A stretch of 62,238 nucleotides of DNA, filler included, from a candidate division TA06 bacterium SM23_40 (GCA_001303705.1; 6 parts of 6 records of this genome joined end to end with filler, not necessarily neighbours in it), one strand, 5' to 3'. Numbered from the whole stretch's first letter, positions 10,721 through 20,977 are shown. The notes: generated from the sequence alone by a model not told the origin. Translations and numbers: made by a program.

Positions 10721-11980
10721 TCACCGAATGTTGGGGCGACCATGGGCGGCAAACGACCCCGCACGGGCCACCCTCTCTGCCGCCTCCGCGATGCGCTCCT
10801 CCCCGAGCGTCAGTGCCAGGCGCACGTATCCCTCTCCGTATTCGCCGAATCCCTGTCCCGGCGTGACCACGATGCCCGTCCGCTCCAGGAGCCAGCCCGC
10901 CCATGTCGACGAGTCATAGCCCGGCGGGACCTCGGCCCAGAGATAGAACGTCGCGGGAGACGGCGTGATACTCCAGCCGGCACGCGAGAATGCCTGAACC
11001 GCGAGGTCTCGCCGTCGGCGGTACGTAGCCCGAAGCTCTTCCACGCACCCTTGAGGACCTCTCAGGGCAGTTATCCCGCCTCGCTGGATCGCCTGAGGCG
11101 CTCCCGAGTCGCAGTTCTTCTTCACGCTGAGGAGTGAGTTGAGGATCTCTCTGTTCCCCACAGCAAAGCCGAGCCTCCAGCCGGTCATGTTGTATGTCTT
11201 CGACAGAGAGTGAAGCTCGACTGCCGCCTCCTTCGCACCGTCGACCGCGAGGAGACTGGGAGGCGGATTGCCATCGAGATAGAGCTCACTGTACACACAG
11301 TCATTGACGAGGAGGCACTGATGTCGGAGAGCGAAGTCGAGTACGCGATGAAAGAAGTCGAGGGAGGCTGACGCTCCGGTGGGGTTGTTGGGGTAGTTGA
11401 GGACGATCAGCCGCGCGCGGTCTGCAATACCGGAATCGAGCGAATCGAGATCCGCCAGGAAGTCATGCTCGGCGCGCAGTGGTACCGGAACAGGAGTGGC
11501 GCCCGCGAGGACCACCTGAGAATGATAGACAGGATAGGCCGGATCGGGCACGAGAACGAGATCGCCCGGCTCGACCACCGCCCACAATAGGTGGCCGATC
11601 CCTTCTTTGGCGCCGATCAGAGTCAACACCTCATGCTCTGGATCGAGCCCGACCCCGAACCGCTGCTGATACCAGTCCGCGACCGCACGGCGAAAATCGA
11701 GCAGCCCGTCGTACGTGGGATAGCGGTGATTCGCTGGATCCTGTGCTGCTGCACAGATCGAGTCGACAATGTGTGGCGGCGTGGGCAGGTCGGGATCGCC
11801 GACGCCGAAGCTGATGATGTCGATACCACGCGCTCTCGTCTCAGCTTCGAGTCGATCGAGCTCAGCATAGAGGTACGGAGGCAACAGATCGATGCGACCG
11901 GCCCGGAAGCGAAACCCCTCTTTCCCCGGGCCCCGGTCTCCACATCCCGCAGCTGGAGCAGTCCTATCTGTGCTGTTCAC
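10721..11980 (-). CDS. dapL: LL-diaminopimelate aminotransferase
   Basis: Class I/II aminotransferase (GVGDPD, NYPNNPTG, SLSKTYNMTGWRLG) inside the dap operon. Confidence 0.85.
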   Translation of the reverse strand: MNSTDRTAPAAGCGDRGPGKEGFRFRAGRIDLLPPYLYAELDRLEAETRARGIDIISFGVGDPDLPTPPHIVDSICAAAQDPANHRYPTYDGLLDFRRAVADWYQQRFGVGLDPEHEVLTLIGAKEGIGHLLWAVVEPGDLVLVPDPAYPVYHSQVVLAGATPVPVPLRAEHDFLADLDSLDSGIADRARLIVLNYPNNPTGASASLDFFHRVLDFALRHQCLLVNDCVYSELYLDGNPPPSLLAVDGAKEAAVELHSLSKTYNMTGWRLGFAVGNREILNSLLSVKKNCDSGAPQAIQRGGITALRGPQGCVEELRATYRRRRDLAVQAFSRAGWSITPSPATFYLWAEVPPGYDSSTWAGWLLERTGIVVTPGQGFGEYGEGYVRLALTLGEERIAEAAERVARAGSFAAHGRPNIR

Positions 11981-12750
11981 GGCCGCACTCCCAGGACATC
12001 GAGCATGTCGTAAAGACCGGGCGCTGCTGCCGCGACGAACCGGATCCCGCGCAGCGCTCCCTGGGCGAACGTGTTGCGATCGGCAGCGGTGTGGCGGAGC
12101 TCCACTTTTTCCCCTGTCCCCGCGAAGATCACCGCGTGCTCGCCCACGACATCGCCTGCCCTGAGAGAATGGATGCCGACCTCCCCGGCGCCGCCCCCGG
12201 GGGCTATCTCACCGGAGCCCGCGCTCCGCCCCTCGGCCACGAGATCGGCCAGGCGCTTTGCGGTGCCGCTTGGCGCGTCGACCTTCTGGCGATGATGAGC
12301 CTCCACTATCTCAACATCGAAATCACCGCCCAGAAGACGCGACGCCCTCGGGACGAGATCGAACAATACACTCACTCCAAGAGACATACTAGGCGAATAG
12401 AGGCACGGGATGGTCGTGCCTGCCTTTCGGATCATCTCTTCCTGCGCGGCATCGAATCCGGTCGTACCGAGCACCAACGGCTTCCCTGCCTCGCGGACCA
12501 TCTCCAGGTGTTCGAGAGAAGCTTCAGGAGTAGTGAACTCCACAACGACGTCGGCGAAGCCCAGCACCTTCCCCAGGTCGACCGTGATGAACGCTTCACT
12601 ATCACGAAGCCGCTGACCCACCAGCGGGTGATCATGCCTCTCGATTCCCGCGATAACTTCCAAGTCATCCGCCCGGGCGGCAGCACGCACGATAGCGGCA
12701 CCCATCTTTCCACAACAACCGCAGACGACGGTTCTGGTCTTTAGAGCCAT
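11977..12750 (-). CDS. dapB: 4-hydroxy-tetrahydrodipicolinate reductase
   Basis: GCCGKMG, GTTG, EAHHRQKVDAPSGTA, VVGEH. Confidence 0.95.
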   Translation of the reverse strand: MALKTRTVVCGCCGKMGAAIVRAAARADDLEVIAGIERHDHPLVGQRLRDSEAFITVDLGKVLGFADVVVEFTTPEASLEHLEMVREAGKPLVLGTTGFDAAQEEMIRKAGTTIPCLYSPSMSLGVSVLFDLVPRASRLLGGDFDVEIVEAHHRQKVDAPSGTAKRLADLVAEGRSAGSGEIAPGGGAGEVGIHSLRAGDVVGEHAVIFAGTGEKVELRHTAADRNTFAQGALRGIRFVAAAAPGLYDMLDVLGVRP

Positions 12751-12833
12751 GAGATCATCTCCCTGCAGTCGTCCGGTCATCGTCTATTCCGCCCAGAGGC
12801 GGAACCGAGACCCGGACTTCGGATTCGACCACC

Positions 12834-13709
12834 TCACGAAAGCACCCCGTACTCCTTAAGAGCCTTGCGGAGCGTCCGCTCGCCCTCTTTCGAGAGTGGT
12901 ACAAGGGGAAGGCGCACCTCATCGCCCATCAGACCGATGAGAGACAGAGCACGTTTGACAGGTATGGGATTCGTCTCCACGAACAGAGCCCTCACGAGCG
13001 GGTACAGTGCGAGATGGATCTGGCGAGCACGACCAACCTCTCCACGCCCGTGCTGGTCGATCATCTCGGCCACATCACGGGGCGCGATGTTGGCAACCAC
13101 TGAGATGACGCCAACCGCGCCGACCGCGAGCATCGGAAGTGTAAGGGAGTCATCGCCGGATAGTATGGCGATCCGGTCGCCGGCAAGCCGCGATAGCTCG
13201 CTGACCTGATCGAGGTCCCCGCTCGCCTCCTTGATGCCAGCGATGCGGTCGAGGGAAGCGAGGCGGACCACAGTCGAGGGGAGGATATTCACTCCAGTCC
13301 GAGAGGGCACGTTGTAGATGATGATAGGAAGGGACGACTCCCCGGCAACAACCTCGAAGTGGCGGAAGAGCCCTTCCTGCGGAGGCTTGTTGTAATAGGG
13401 CGTTACGACCAGGACCGCGTCGGCGCCGCACGCGTGAGCTTCTTTTGTCCTGGCCACCGTTGCCGCGGTGTCGTTACTCCCTGTGTAGGCGACGATGGCG
13501 AGCTTTCCCTTGGCACGCCCCGCCGCGGTCTCGATGACCGACCGCCACTCTCCCGGAGTGAGAGTGGGAGACTCTCCAGTAGTGGCACACAGGACCAGCC
13601 CTGCCGTCCTCCCCTCGAGGTGGAACTCGATAAGCCGCGCGAGCGCTGCCTCGTCGAGACGACCGTTCTTGAAAGGCGTGACGAGCGCTACGTAAGATCC
13701 TTTGAACAC
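12834..13709 (-). CDS. dapA: 4-hydroxy-tetrahydrodipicolinate synthase
   Basis: VALVTPF, TTGES, PYYNKP, YNVPSRTG, IKEASG, SGDD; GTG start after GGAGG. Confidence 0.95.
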   Translation of the reverse strand: MFKGSYVALVTPFKNGRLDEAALARLIEFHLEGRTAGLVLCATTGESPTLTPGEWRSVIETAAGRAKGKLAIVAYTGSNDTAATVARTKEAHACGADAVLVVTPYYNKPPQEGLFRHFEVVAGESSLPIIIYNVPSRTGVNILPSTVVRLASLDRIAGIKEASGDLDQVSELSRLAGDRIAILSGDDSLTLPMLAVGAVGVISVVANIAPRDVAEMIDQHGRGEVGRARQIHLALYPLVRALFVETNPIPVKRALSLIGLMGDEVRLPLVPLSKEGERTLRKALKEYGVLS

Positions 13710-13762
13710 ACTACCTCCATGCAGACTAAGAGGACCGAGCCATTCACCCATCGATTGCGTGG

Positions 13763-13791
13763 AGTATACAGAGGCCGAATAAGCATGTCAA
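13763..13791 (-). promoter_or_regulatory. Sigma-70 promoter of the dap operon
   Basis: Minus strand TTGACA-17 nt-TATACT, about 55 nt upstream of dapA. Confidence 0.75.
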
Positions 13792-13801
13792 GAAGAAGAG
13801 A

Positions 13802-13826
13802 GGGGCGTTGGTAGGTTCGGTAGGTT
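13802..13826 (+). repeat. Single dispersed copy of the ~25-nt repeat found in 51761-56710
   Basis: ggggcgttggtaggttcggtaggtt matches gggacgttggtaggttcagaaggtt at 22 of 25 positions. Confidence 0.6.
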
Positions 13827-13893
13827 ACAGCTGACCAGCGACTCCCCCTCCATTCAAGGAGTGTGTACGACGGCTGCGGAGGAGAGTGCTCGA

Positions 13894-16254
13894 TCAGTTC
13901 CCGCTGGTCTTCCCCGTATCGAGCACAGAGGAGAGGACCTCATCGATGGTGTCGGCGAAGATGAATTCCATATCCGCTTTCGCCTGCTCCGGGACCTCTT
14001 CGAGTTCGCCCTCGTTCCGCCTGGGAAGCAGCACACTCTTGATCCCGGCACGCTTCGCCGCGAGGACCTTCTCCTTCACTCCCCCGATCGGCAACACCTT
14101 GCCCCGGAGGGTGATCTCGCCGGTCATGGCGATCTCCGGCCTCACCGGCCGACCTGTCATGAGAGATGCCAGCGCTGCAACGATCGCGACACCTGCCGAC
14201 GGCCCATCCTTGGGAATGGCGCCCGATGGCACATGGACGTGGATGTCACTCTCCTCGTAGAATAAGGGATCGATGCCAAGCGCATCGGCTCTGGTACGAA
14301 GGAGGGAGAGGGCGGCCTGCGCCGACTCACGCATCACCTCTCCCAGATGACCGGTAAGAATGAGTTCGCGGCGGCCCTTCATCCTCGTCGCCTCGACGAA
14401 GAGAATCTCTCCTCCACGCGGTGTCCACGCCAGGCCCGTGGCGATGCCCACCTCACCCACCCGCTCGGCCACCTCCAGCGTCACCTTCACCGGGCCGAGA
14501 TATGACGGGAGCCCCTCAGGCCGTACCTCAACGGAATCTGTCCGCCCCTCGGCCACGCCCTTCGCCACCTTGCGGCAGATCGATGCTATTTCACGCTCGA
14601 GATTCCTCAGGCCGGCCTCCCTCGTGTAGTCGCGGATGATCCCCAGGATCGCCTCATCGGTGAACGAGATCTGGCTAACAGTGAGGCCGTTCTCAGTGAT
14701 TTGCCGCGGCACCAGATACCGTTTCGCGATCTCGATCTTCTCCTCATCTGTGTACCCGGGGAGTTCCAGCACCTCCATCCTGTCGCGGAGAACGGGAGGA
14801 ATTGGATCGAGAATATTGGCGGTCGTAATGAACATCACTTTCGACAGATCAAAGGGCACATCGAGGTAGTGGTCGGAAAACGCGCAGTTCTGCTCAGGAT
14901 CGAGCACCTCGAGGAGCGCTGCCGCCGGATCCCCGCGGAAGTCCTGTCCGATCTTGTCGATTTCGTCCAGCATGTACACCGGGTTCTTCGATTCAGCCTG
15001 GCGTATCCTCTGGAGGATCCTTCCCGGCAGAGCACCGACATACGTCCTCCGGTGGCCGCGTATCTCGGCCTCGTCCCGCACGCCCCCCAACGACAGCCTT
15101 ACGAATTCTCTCCCGAGCGCCCGGGCGATCGAGCGTCCGAGTGACGTCTTCCCCACGCCCGGCGGTCCAACAAAGCAGAGGATCGGTCCCTTGGCCTCAG
15201 GACGCAGGCGGCGCACCGCAAGGTGCTCCAGTATCCTCTCTTTCACCTTCTCCAGATCGTAGTGATCCTCATCGAGCACAGCCCCTGCCTGAGAGACGTC
15301 GAGATTGTCAGTTGTCTCCCGGGTCCAGGGAAGTGCGATGAGCCAATCGAGATACGTCCTGGAAACGGTGTACTCAGCTGCTGCGAGAGGCATCTTTGCG
15401 AGACGCTCGAGCTCCCGCTCCGCCACCTTCCGCACCTCCTCAGGCATTCCTGCTCCCTCGATCTTCTCGCGGATCTCGTTGATCTCAACGGTCCTCTCGT
15501 CATCTTCCCCCAACTCACGCTGAATCGCCTTCAACTGCTCGCGGAGGTAGTACTCTCGTTGATCCTTGTCCATCTCCGTCTTCACCTGGGACCTGATCCT
15601 GTCGCCGAGCTCCAGAATGTTGAGCTCCTTCGTGAGCAGTGGCATCAGCTTGGTGAGCCGTTCCTGCGGGTCGAATGTCTCGAGCAGCGTCTGACGCTCG
15701 GCCATCTCGATATTGATATTCGAGGCGACGAGATCGGCAAGCTTGGACGGATCATTGAGGTTCAGAGCCACGCCCTGCAGTTCGTCGGGAAGGTATGGAG
15801 CGAGAGAAACGATTTTCTCGAACTGAGAGAGGACATTCCGGATCAGCGCCTCGGTCACGACGGTCTTCTCGTACTCCTGAGAGACGGCCTCGACCTTAGC
15901 CTGCAGGTACGGCTCTCGCTGCGTGAATTCGATCACCTTGACGCGACAAAACCCTTGAACGAGAATGCGGAGGGTCCCGTCGGGAAAACGGAGCATCTTC
16001 ACGATGACGGCAGCAGTTCCGACATCGTACAGATCCTCCGGGGTCGGTTCTTCGGTCTCCAGATTCTTTTGTGCAAAGATGCCAATGATCTTGTCTCTGG
16101 CGAGTGCATCGTCGGTCAGCTCTACGAGATTCTCTTCGGAGACGACGAGAGGGACGATAAGGTATGGATAGACCATTACGTCCTTTGCCGGCATCACAGG
16201 GATGACAGGAGGTACTACGAGCTCCCTCTTTACATCCGATCCCTCGTTGTTCAT
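13894..16254 (-). CDS. lon: ATP-dependent Lon protease
   Basis: GPPGVGKTS, RGHRRTYVGALPG, PKDGPSAG, GGVKEK. Confidence 0.97.
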   Translation of the reverse strand: MNNEGSDVKRELVVPPVIPVMPAKDVMVYPYLIVPLVVSEENLVELTDDALARDKIIGIFAQKNLETEEPTPEDLYDVGTAAVIVKMLRFPDGTLRILVQGFCRVKVIEFTQREPYLQAKVEAVSQEYEKTVVTEALIRNVLSQFEKIVSLAPYLPDELQGVALNLNDPSKLADLVASNINIEMAERQTLLETFDPQERLTKLMPLLTKELNILELGDRIRSQVKTEMDKDQREYYLREQLKAIQRELGEDDERTVEINEIREKIEGAGMPEEVRKVAERELERLAKMPLAAAEYTVSRTYLDWLIALPWTRETTDNLDVSQAGAVLDEDHYDLEKVKERILEHLAVRRLRPEAKGPILCFVGPPGVGKTSLGRSIARALGREFVRLSLGGVRDEAEIRGHRRTYVGALPGRILQRIRQAESKNPVYMLDEIDKIGQDFRGDPAAALLEVLDPEQNCAFSDHYLDVPFDLSKVMFITTANILDPIPPVLRDRMEVLELPGYTDEEKIEIAKRYLVPRQITENGLTVSQISFTDEAILGIIRDYTREAGLRNLEREIASICRKVAKGVAEGRTDSVEVRPEGLPSYLGPVKVTLEVAERVGEVGIATGLAWTPRGGEILFVEATRMKGRRELILTGHLGEVMRESAQAALSLLRTRADALGIDPLFYEESDIHVHVPSGAIPKDGPSAGVAIVAALASLMTGRPVRPEIAMTGEITLRGKVLPIGGVKEKVLAAKRAGIKSVLLPRRNEGELEEVPEQAKADMEFIFADTIDEVLSSVLDTGKTSGN

Positions 16255-16335
16255 CTACTGCCTCCGATGTAGCCCCCAGCGCGACCCATCTGATCCTACA
16301 GAGAGAGACCGGCGCAGACGGCACCTTCGTATGAG

Positions 16336-16776
16336 CTATTCGATGTCGATGGTCCTTGGCTGGGGACGAGATCCCTCCTTGGGCATCCGTATCGTGAGGA
16401 TCCCCCGGTCGAGAGAGGTTTCTAGATCGTCTATATCCACACTGCACCAGAAAGGAATGACTTGCTCGAAATCGCCGAAGTTTATCTCCATCTTATGATA
16501 GTTCCTATGACGCTCCCGGGGTGTCAGATCGCGCCTCGTCCCCCGAACAGTCAGCGCCCTGGCCGACGCGAAGACCTCGACGTCCTCCGCGGCCACGCCT
16601 GCGAGCTCCATAATGATGACGATGTGAGCCTTGGTCTCGTAGCAGTCAGCGGAGGGTCGCCAGACATGTCCGCCAGCCAACGCGAGCGAGTGCTGGAAAC
16701 GGAAGAAGTCCTCGAATAGCGCCTCAACCTCATTCCGCATGCGATTGACGTCATCGAGTATGTCATCTCGCTCCAT
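16336..16776 (-). CDS. Hsp20/alpha-crystallin family protein
   Basis: W.PSAD.YE, ELAGV, EINFGDFE, GILTIRMPK; directly upstream of lon. Confidence 0.9.
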   Translation of the reverse strand: MERDDILDDVNRMRNEVEALFEDFFRFQHSLALAGGHVWRPSADCYETKAHIVIIMELAGVAAEDVEVFASARALTVRGTRRDLTPRERHRNYHKMEINFGDFEQVIPFWCSVDIDDLETSLDRGILTIRMPKEGSRPQPRTIDIE

Positions 16777-16809
16777 TACGGCGTACTCCTTTCCCCGACC
16801 GGCATCGAA

Positions 16810-17616
16810 TCATCTGCACGTAACCACCACAGGTTCCCCTCGAGCAGCGGCCAGGAGCTCAGCGGCATTCCTCATATTCGCAGATATCTCGAGGAATCCG
16901 GAACTCCCGAATACAGCGAGCAACTCTCCTGCCTCGACGCAATCATAACTGCGCCGAATCATCTCTATCTTCCTGTCAGCCACTTCGATCACACATTCAG
17001 TCTCGCCTATTTCCGAACGAACGAGGTCAATGGGGATATCAGTCACCATGTTGCCAAACCTGTCGACGTGAATCACGTGTCCCTCGATCCCCCTCGCGGT
17101 CGTCAGTGGCCTGGACAACGGGATTGACACGCATTCATCGAGGGGCGACCCCACCTCACAGGCCGGCAGTCCGAGGGTGAGGCGCCCGGCGATCGGCGCA
17201 AAGATGTCCCGGGCATGAAACAGGTCACTCGGCTGCTGCGGGAGGAGAGACGCTTCATCGATTGCGAATATGGCGGCCTCGAGCTCATCATAGATGTGGC
17301 TGAATATGCCGTTGTCCGGCCCGACGAATAGCCAATCGGCACTCTCCACTACCACGCCGCGCCGCTTCCCTCCGACTCCGGGATCCACGACTGCGAGATG
17401 TACGGTGCCCCGCGGAAAGTAACGATAGTGGCGACCGAGCACGTACGCGGCCTGCACCACATCGTGGGACTCGATGTCATGAGAGAGATCAACGAGCGTG
17501 AGGCGGGGATTCACCGAGAGCAGGAGACCTTTCACTGCCCCCACGTAGCCATCGATGTTCCCGAAATCGGTGAGCAGAGAGACACAATGTGCATCACGGC
17601 AGACAGCAGGATCCAT
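16810..17616 (-). CDS. SAM hydrolase / chlorinase-fluorinase family (DUF62)
   Basis: LLTDFG, VVDPGVG, GPDNG, FHARDIF, HVDRFGN, GSSGFLEI. Confidence 0.9.
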   Translation of the reverse strand: MDPAVCRDAHCVSLLTDFGNIDGYVGAVKGLLLSVNPRLTLVDLSHDIESHDVVQAAYVLGRHYRYFPRGTVHLAVVDPGVGGKRRGVVVESADWLFVGPDNGIFSHIYDELEAAIFAIDEASLLPQQPSDLFHARDIFAPIAGRLTLGLPACEVGSPLDECVSIPLSRPLTTARGIEGHVIHVDRFGNMVTDIPIDLVRSEIGETECVIEVADRKIEMIRRSYDCVEAGELLAVFGSSGFLEISANMRNAAELLAAARGEPVVVTCR

Positions 17617-17756
17617 GAATCCTTCTCCCCGACATGTCAGTCCACCGGCGCTCCCGGTGGCGAAGTGCCGTGGGGGCCGCCTGTCGACCCCAGTCACTCG
17701 AGGATGCAGTTGGACTCAGATTCCCGGGCCAGCCTGGGAAATCGTCTCCGGTGAGT

Positions 17757-17993
17757 CTAGCTTTCTGATGCACGTTCGCGGGTCTGTGAATCGATGAACT
17801 GCTCGATCAGGCGACGGAATCTGGCTTCGTATATGAGATCGTAGGTCTCCATCTGATCTGGTATGAGCCGCTCGGCCTCGCGCCTCACGTTCTGGACGAG
17901 TTCTTCGGCCTCGGCCCTGCTCACGTTCCCGTAGCGGAGTTCCTCACACGTTGCGTCGACGATCTCTTTGAGTCGATCAATGGGAGAGGTCAC
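17757..17993 (-). CDS. Small hypothetical helical protein (78 aa)
   Basis: Compact co-oriented ORF in the operon, with DLIYEARFRRLI C-terminus. Confidence 0.65.
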   Translation of the reverse strand: MTSPIDRLKEIVDATCEELRYGNVSRAEAEELVQNVRREAERLIPDQMETYDLIYEARFRRLIEQFIDSQTRERASES

Positions 17994-18023
17994 GTCAGGG
18001 GGCCCCCGGCGGACTGCGGCCCG

Positions 18024-18434
18024 TCAGTCGCTGCAACTGCTCCACTCCTGGTGGCTCCGGTCCAGATCTCGCCAGTAATTAACCTCGAACTCCCGTTCGA
18101 AGTCGAAGACATCTGTGAAGTCCTCTTTTCGGTCCTCAGTTCTCTTGCTCAGGATTCCGGCGTCGATGAGATCGAAGACGATCTCACCGAAATCGTCCGT
18201 CCTCGTCACCCCCCAGTATGAGAAGACGGTCTTTGCGAGCGGCCCATATGACTCCAGGGCCAGTCGTCTCACGCCATCGAGCAGTTCCTGGCCGCTCACA
18301 TGGCGCCTCTCGCCCACCTGCTCAAGCGTGTACTCCAGCCCCTGAAGAAGAAACTCGTACGCCGCAGGTGCGTACCGTCCCTTCTCCAGAGCCACTCTCT
18401 CGATGGTATTCCTTATGGGTTCTGCCACACTCAT
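18024..18434 (-). CDS. Minf_1886-like (TIGR04138) conserved protein
   Basis: RY...AYEF...GL, HVSGQEL, GPLA..V...WGV..T.DFGEIVF.L, DF...FDF pattern. Confidence 0.8.
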   Translation of the reverse strand: MSVAEPIRNTIERVALEKGRYAPAAYEFLLQGLEYTLEQVGERRHVSGQELLDGVRRLALESYGPLAKTVFSYWGVTRTDDFGEIVFDLIDAGILSKRTEDRKEDFTDVFDFEREFEVNYWRDLDRSHQEWSSCSD

Positions 18435-18612
18435 TCTATCCCTCCATGAGCCAGGTGCCGTTGCTCCACACATCACAATCTAGCACCCTGCAGACCATCT
18501 GACAAGGGAAAAGTCGCCCTGGGAGGCGACTTGCTGGAGCATTGTTCGCTGTCTGTGGGCAGACCCTGCCGCCCGGGAGGATGCTGCGGCCCCGAACGCG
18601 GATGCCGCGACA

Positions 18613-19107
18613 CTACCTGGGCGACCCGGCATCACCACACTCAGAGTAGATGTAGATCTCTTCTTCGCCGTGGTGTCTGACGAGGGACCCGAGAACGTCG
18701 ACATTATCCAGGAGTTCATCGCCGCTCGACCCATCGACCGGGTACGAGGTGATCAGCGCCCGCGACTGGAGTTGGCAGGACGCCTCCCTGCCCGATCCTG
18801 AGACCCTGTACGGCCCCACATGCTCCTGCATGCGCCGGGCAACGACGAGTGCCCCCTCCTCAGGTGTCTCCGGCAGGATGAAAAAGAGAACACCACTGCG
18901 CGTCTCCTGGAGGTGGTCAGTACGCCGTATGTCCCCCCTCATCACGCTTCTGAGGATCGAAAACGCACCGACAAAACCGGCGCTCTCCGAATCTCCGTTC
19001 ATGACATGAAGGACAAGCACCGAGAGGAAGTGCCCATACCGCTCAGCACGCAGCACCTCCTCGTTGAGCCTCCGTCGCACCACAGCTGTGTGCAGCCCCT
19101 GATTCAA
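18613..19107 (-). CDS. Degenerate GGDEF-like domain protein
   Basis: RL.EEV.RA.RY...LSVL, R.TD, ILPET..EGA..VA.R and SYP.DG GGDEF scaffold, but no GGDEF motif (TRSGV in its place). Confidence 0.65.
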   Translation of the reverse strand: MNQGLHTAVVRRRLNEEVLRAERYGHFLSVLVLHVMNGDSESAGFVGAFSILRSVMRGDIRRTDHLQETRSGVLFFILPETPEEGALVVARRMQEHVGPYRVSGSGREASCQLQSRALITSYPVDGSSGDELLDNVDVLGSLVRHHGEEEIYIYSECGDAGSPR

Positions 19108-19205
19108 CTCATATCCCTCTTCTGAATGGTCACCGTTCCCTGCGATCCTGGATCCGTCACCTCTTCGGCGCGGCAGCCAGGGTACATCTCATGGCCTCAC
19201 ATAAA

Positions 19206-19222
19206 AGCAATAACCGTGCCAG
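19206..19222 (-). promoter_or_regulatory. Sigma-54 (-24/-12) promoter
   Basis: Minus strand CTGGCACGGTTATTGCT matches TGGCAC-N5-TTGC exactly, about 100 nt upstream of the GGDEF-like gene. Confidence 0.8.
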
Positions 19223-19406
19223 ACAATCTCACGCGATGCCGCAAGCCGTACGGCTAAGACGTTGGTAGCCCGTCAGTTCACCACGTCGCTTCCAGCCCCT
19301 TGTCCAGCCCCCCTCCCGGTGCGCACCGATGTTACCAATCATTGCATCTTTCTGCACAACCTCTGAGACAAGCCGCAGCGATATCGCAGCGACCGGCGGC
19401 GGCATA

Positions 19407-20885
19407 TCATTCGGCAGTTGTGATCCCGTATTCCTTGATCTTGTCGAGCAGAGAGCGATAGCTGATTCCCAACAGACGGGCAGCCCTGGTCCTGTTCCAG
19501 TTCGTCCGCCTGAGCGCCTCCCGTATCAGGGGAATCTCCGCCTCGACAGCCGCCCTCCGACTCACCTCCTTCAGAGAGAGCGAGAGCTCCTGCTGGCGTG
19601 TCGGCCTGTGGGGCTCCTCTTCCGCGGATCCGCCGGAATGGCGGAACGGCTCAGGCATCAGACTCTCAGCAATGATCTCCTCGGTTCCGAAGACAATCAT
19701 CTTCTTCATCAGACTCTCCAGTTCCCGCACGTTGCCGGGCCAGGTATGGGCCACAAGCGTATCCATGGTCTCTTTTGAAGGGAACTGAATCTCCTTGCCG
19801 TATTGATCGCCGTACACCCGGAGGAAGTGACCGACGAGGAGCGGGACATCCTCTCGCCGTTCTCTCAAGGGCGGGATTTCGATCATCACCTCGTTGATTC
19901 GATAGTAGAGATCTTCTCTGAATCGCCTCCGGGCCATCTCTTGCTGAAGATTGCGGTTTGTGGAGGCAACGATGCGCACGTCCACACGGATCGTCTTCTT
20001 ACCTCCGAGCCTCATGAATTCCCGGTGCTCCAGTACCTGCAGCAACTTCGACTGTAACGCAATGGGCACTTCCGCTATCTCATCGAGAAAGATGCTCCCG
20101 CGATGGGCGTACTCAAATCGGCCAGGCTTGGTGTGATATGCACTGGTGAAGGCCCCCCGCTCGTACCCGAACAACTCGGCCTCGAGGAGTTCGCCGGGAA
20201 GCGCAGCACAGTTGACCTTGATGAACGGCTTAGTCGCGCGCCTCGACATGCTGTGAAGCGCCCGGGCCGCCAGCTCCTTGCCGGTCCCGCTCTCTCCCCG
20301 TATGAGGACCGTCAATCCGCTGTCAGCCACCTGCTCGATCGTCCGCTTCACCTGGCGTATGCCCGGACTATCGCCGATGATGCTCTCGTCGATCGAGCGG
20401 ATCCCGATCTCGGTCCTCAACTGAGCGAGCTCGCGTGTCAACGCCTTCCGTTCCAGAACCTTCGACAGAACGATTTTCAGTTCATCGATCTCAAACGGTT
20501 TGTTGACGAAGTCCGATGCTCCGAGCTGCATCGCCCTGACAACCGTCTTTGTCTTCCCGAAGCCTGAGATCATGATGACATCAGTGCTCTCATCTATTTC
20601 CTTGACCTTCTTCAGAGTCTCGAGTCCATCCATCCCTGGCATTCGGAAATCGAGGAATACGACGTCGGGTGCGTGCTTGCGTACGCTCTTCAGCGCCCGC
20701 GCCCCGCTCTCAGCGGTTATGACGTGGTACCCTTCGCCCTCGAGCTCCTCGCGCACCATCCAGCAGAGTTGAGGGTCGTCGTCCACAACGAGCACTGTGG
20801 GCGCATCGTCCGTCACGGTATCCACATCCCTCTTCCTCATGCGACCGATCGCCTCCGGGATTGACCGCTCCCCCCCGCTCGTCAT
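19407..20885 (-). CDS. Sigma-54-dependent response regulator (NtrC/AtoC family)
   Basis: Receiver domain (VVDDD, LDFRMPGMDG), GESGTGKE, GAFTSA, FLDEI, WPGNVREL, Fis-type HTH. Start uncertain. Confidence 0.93.
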   Translation of the reverse strand: MTSGGERSIPEAIGRMRKRDVDTVTDDAPTVLVVDDDPQLCWMVREELEGEGYHVITAESGARALKSVRKHAPDVVFLDFRMPGMDGLETLKKVKEIDESTDVIMISGFGKTKTVVRAMQLGASDFVNKPFEIDELKIVLSKVLERKALTRELAQLRTEIGIRSIDESIIGDSPGIRQVKRTIEQVADSGLTVLIRGESGTGKELAARALHSMSRRATKPFIKVNCAALPGELLEAELFGYERGAFTSAYHTKPGRFEYAHRGSIFLDEIAEVPIALQSKLLQVLEHREFMRLGGKKTIRVDVRIVASTNRNLQQEMARRRFREDLYYRINEVMIEIPPLRERREDVPLLVGHFLRVYGDQYGKEIQFPSKETMDTLVAHTWPGNVRELESLMKKMIVFGTEEIIAESLMPEPFRHSGGSAEEEPHRPTRQQELSLSLKEVSRRAAVEAEIPLIREALRRTNWNRTRAARLLGISYRSLLDKIKEYGITTAE

Positions 20886-20977
20886 CCTTCAAGCGGCAGT
20901 CGGATGTGACCACCCTCGATCCAGTGGCACGACGGCGGGGCGATGTGTCCCACTTTCATAGGGCGCACTCGCGCCCT

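Noticed and set aside
15223-16272. Long antisense ORFs (e.g. 15223-16272, 1300-2262, 5459-6433, 24933-25910, 40830-41831)
   Set aside because: Shadow frames opposite well-supported genes, expected in high-GC DNA, with no motifs.
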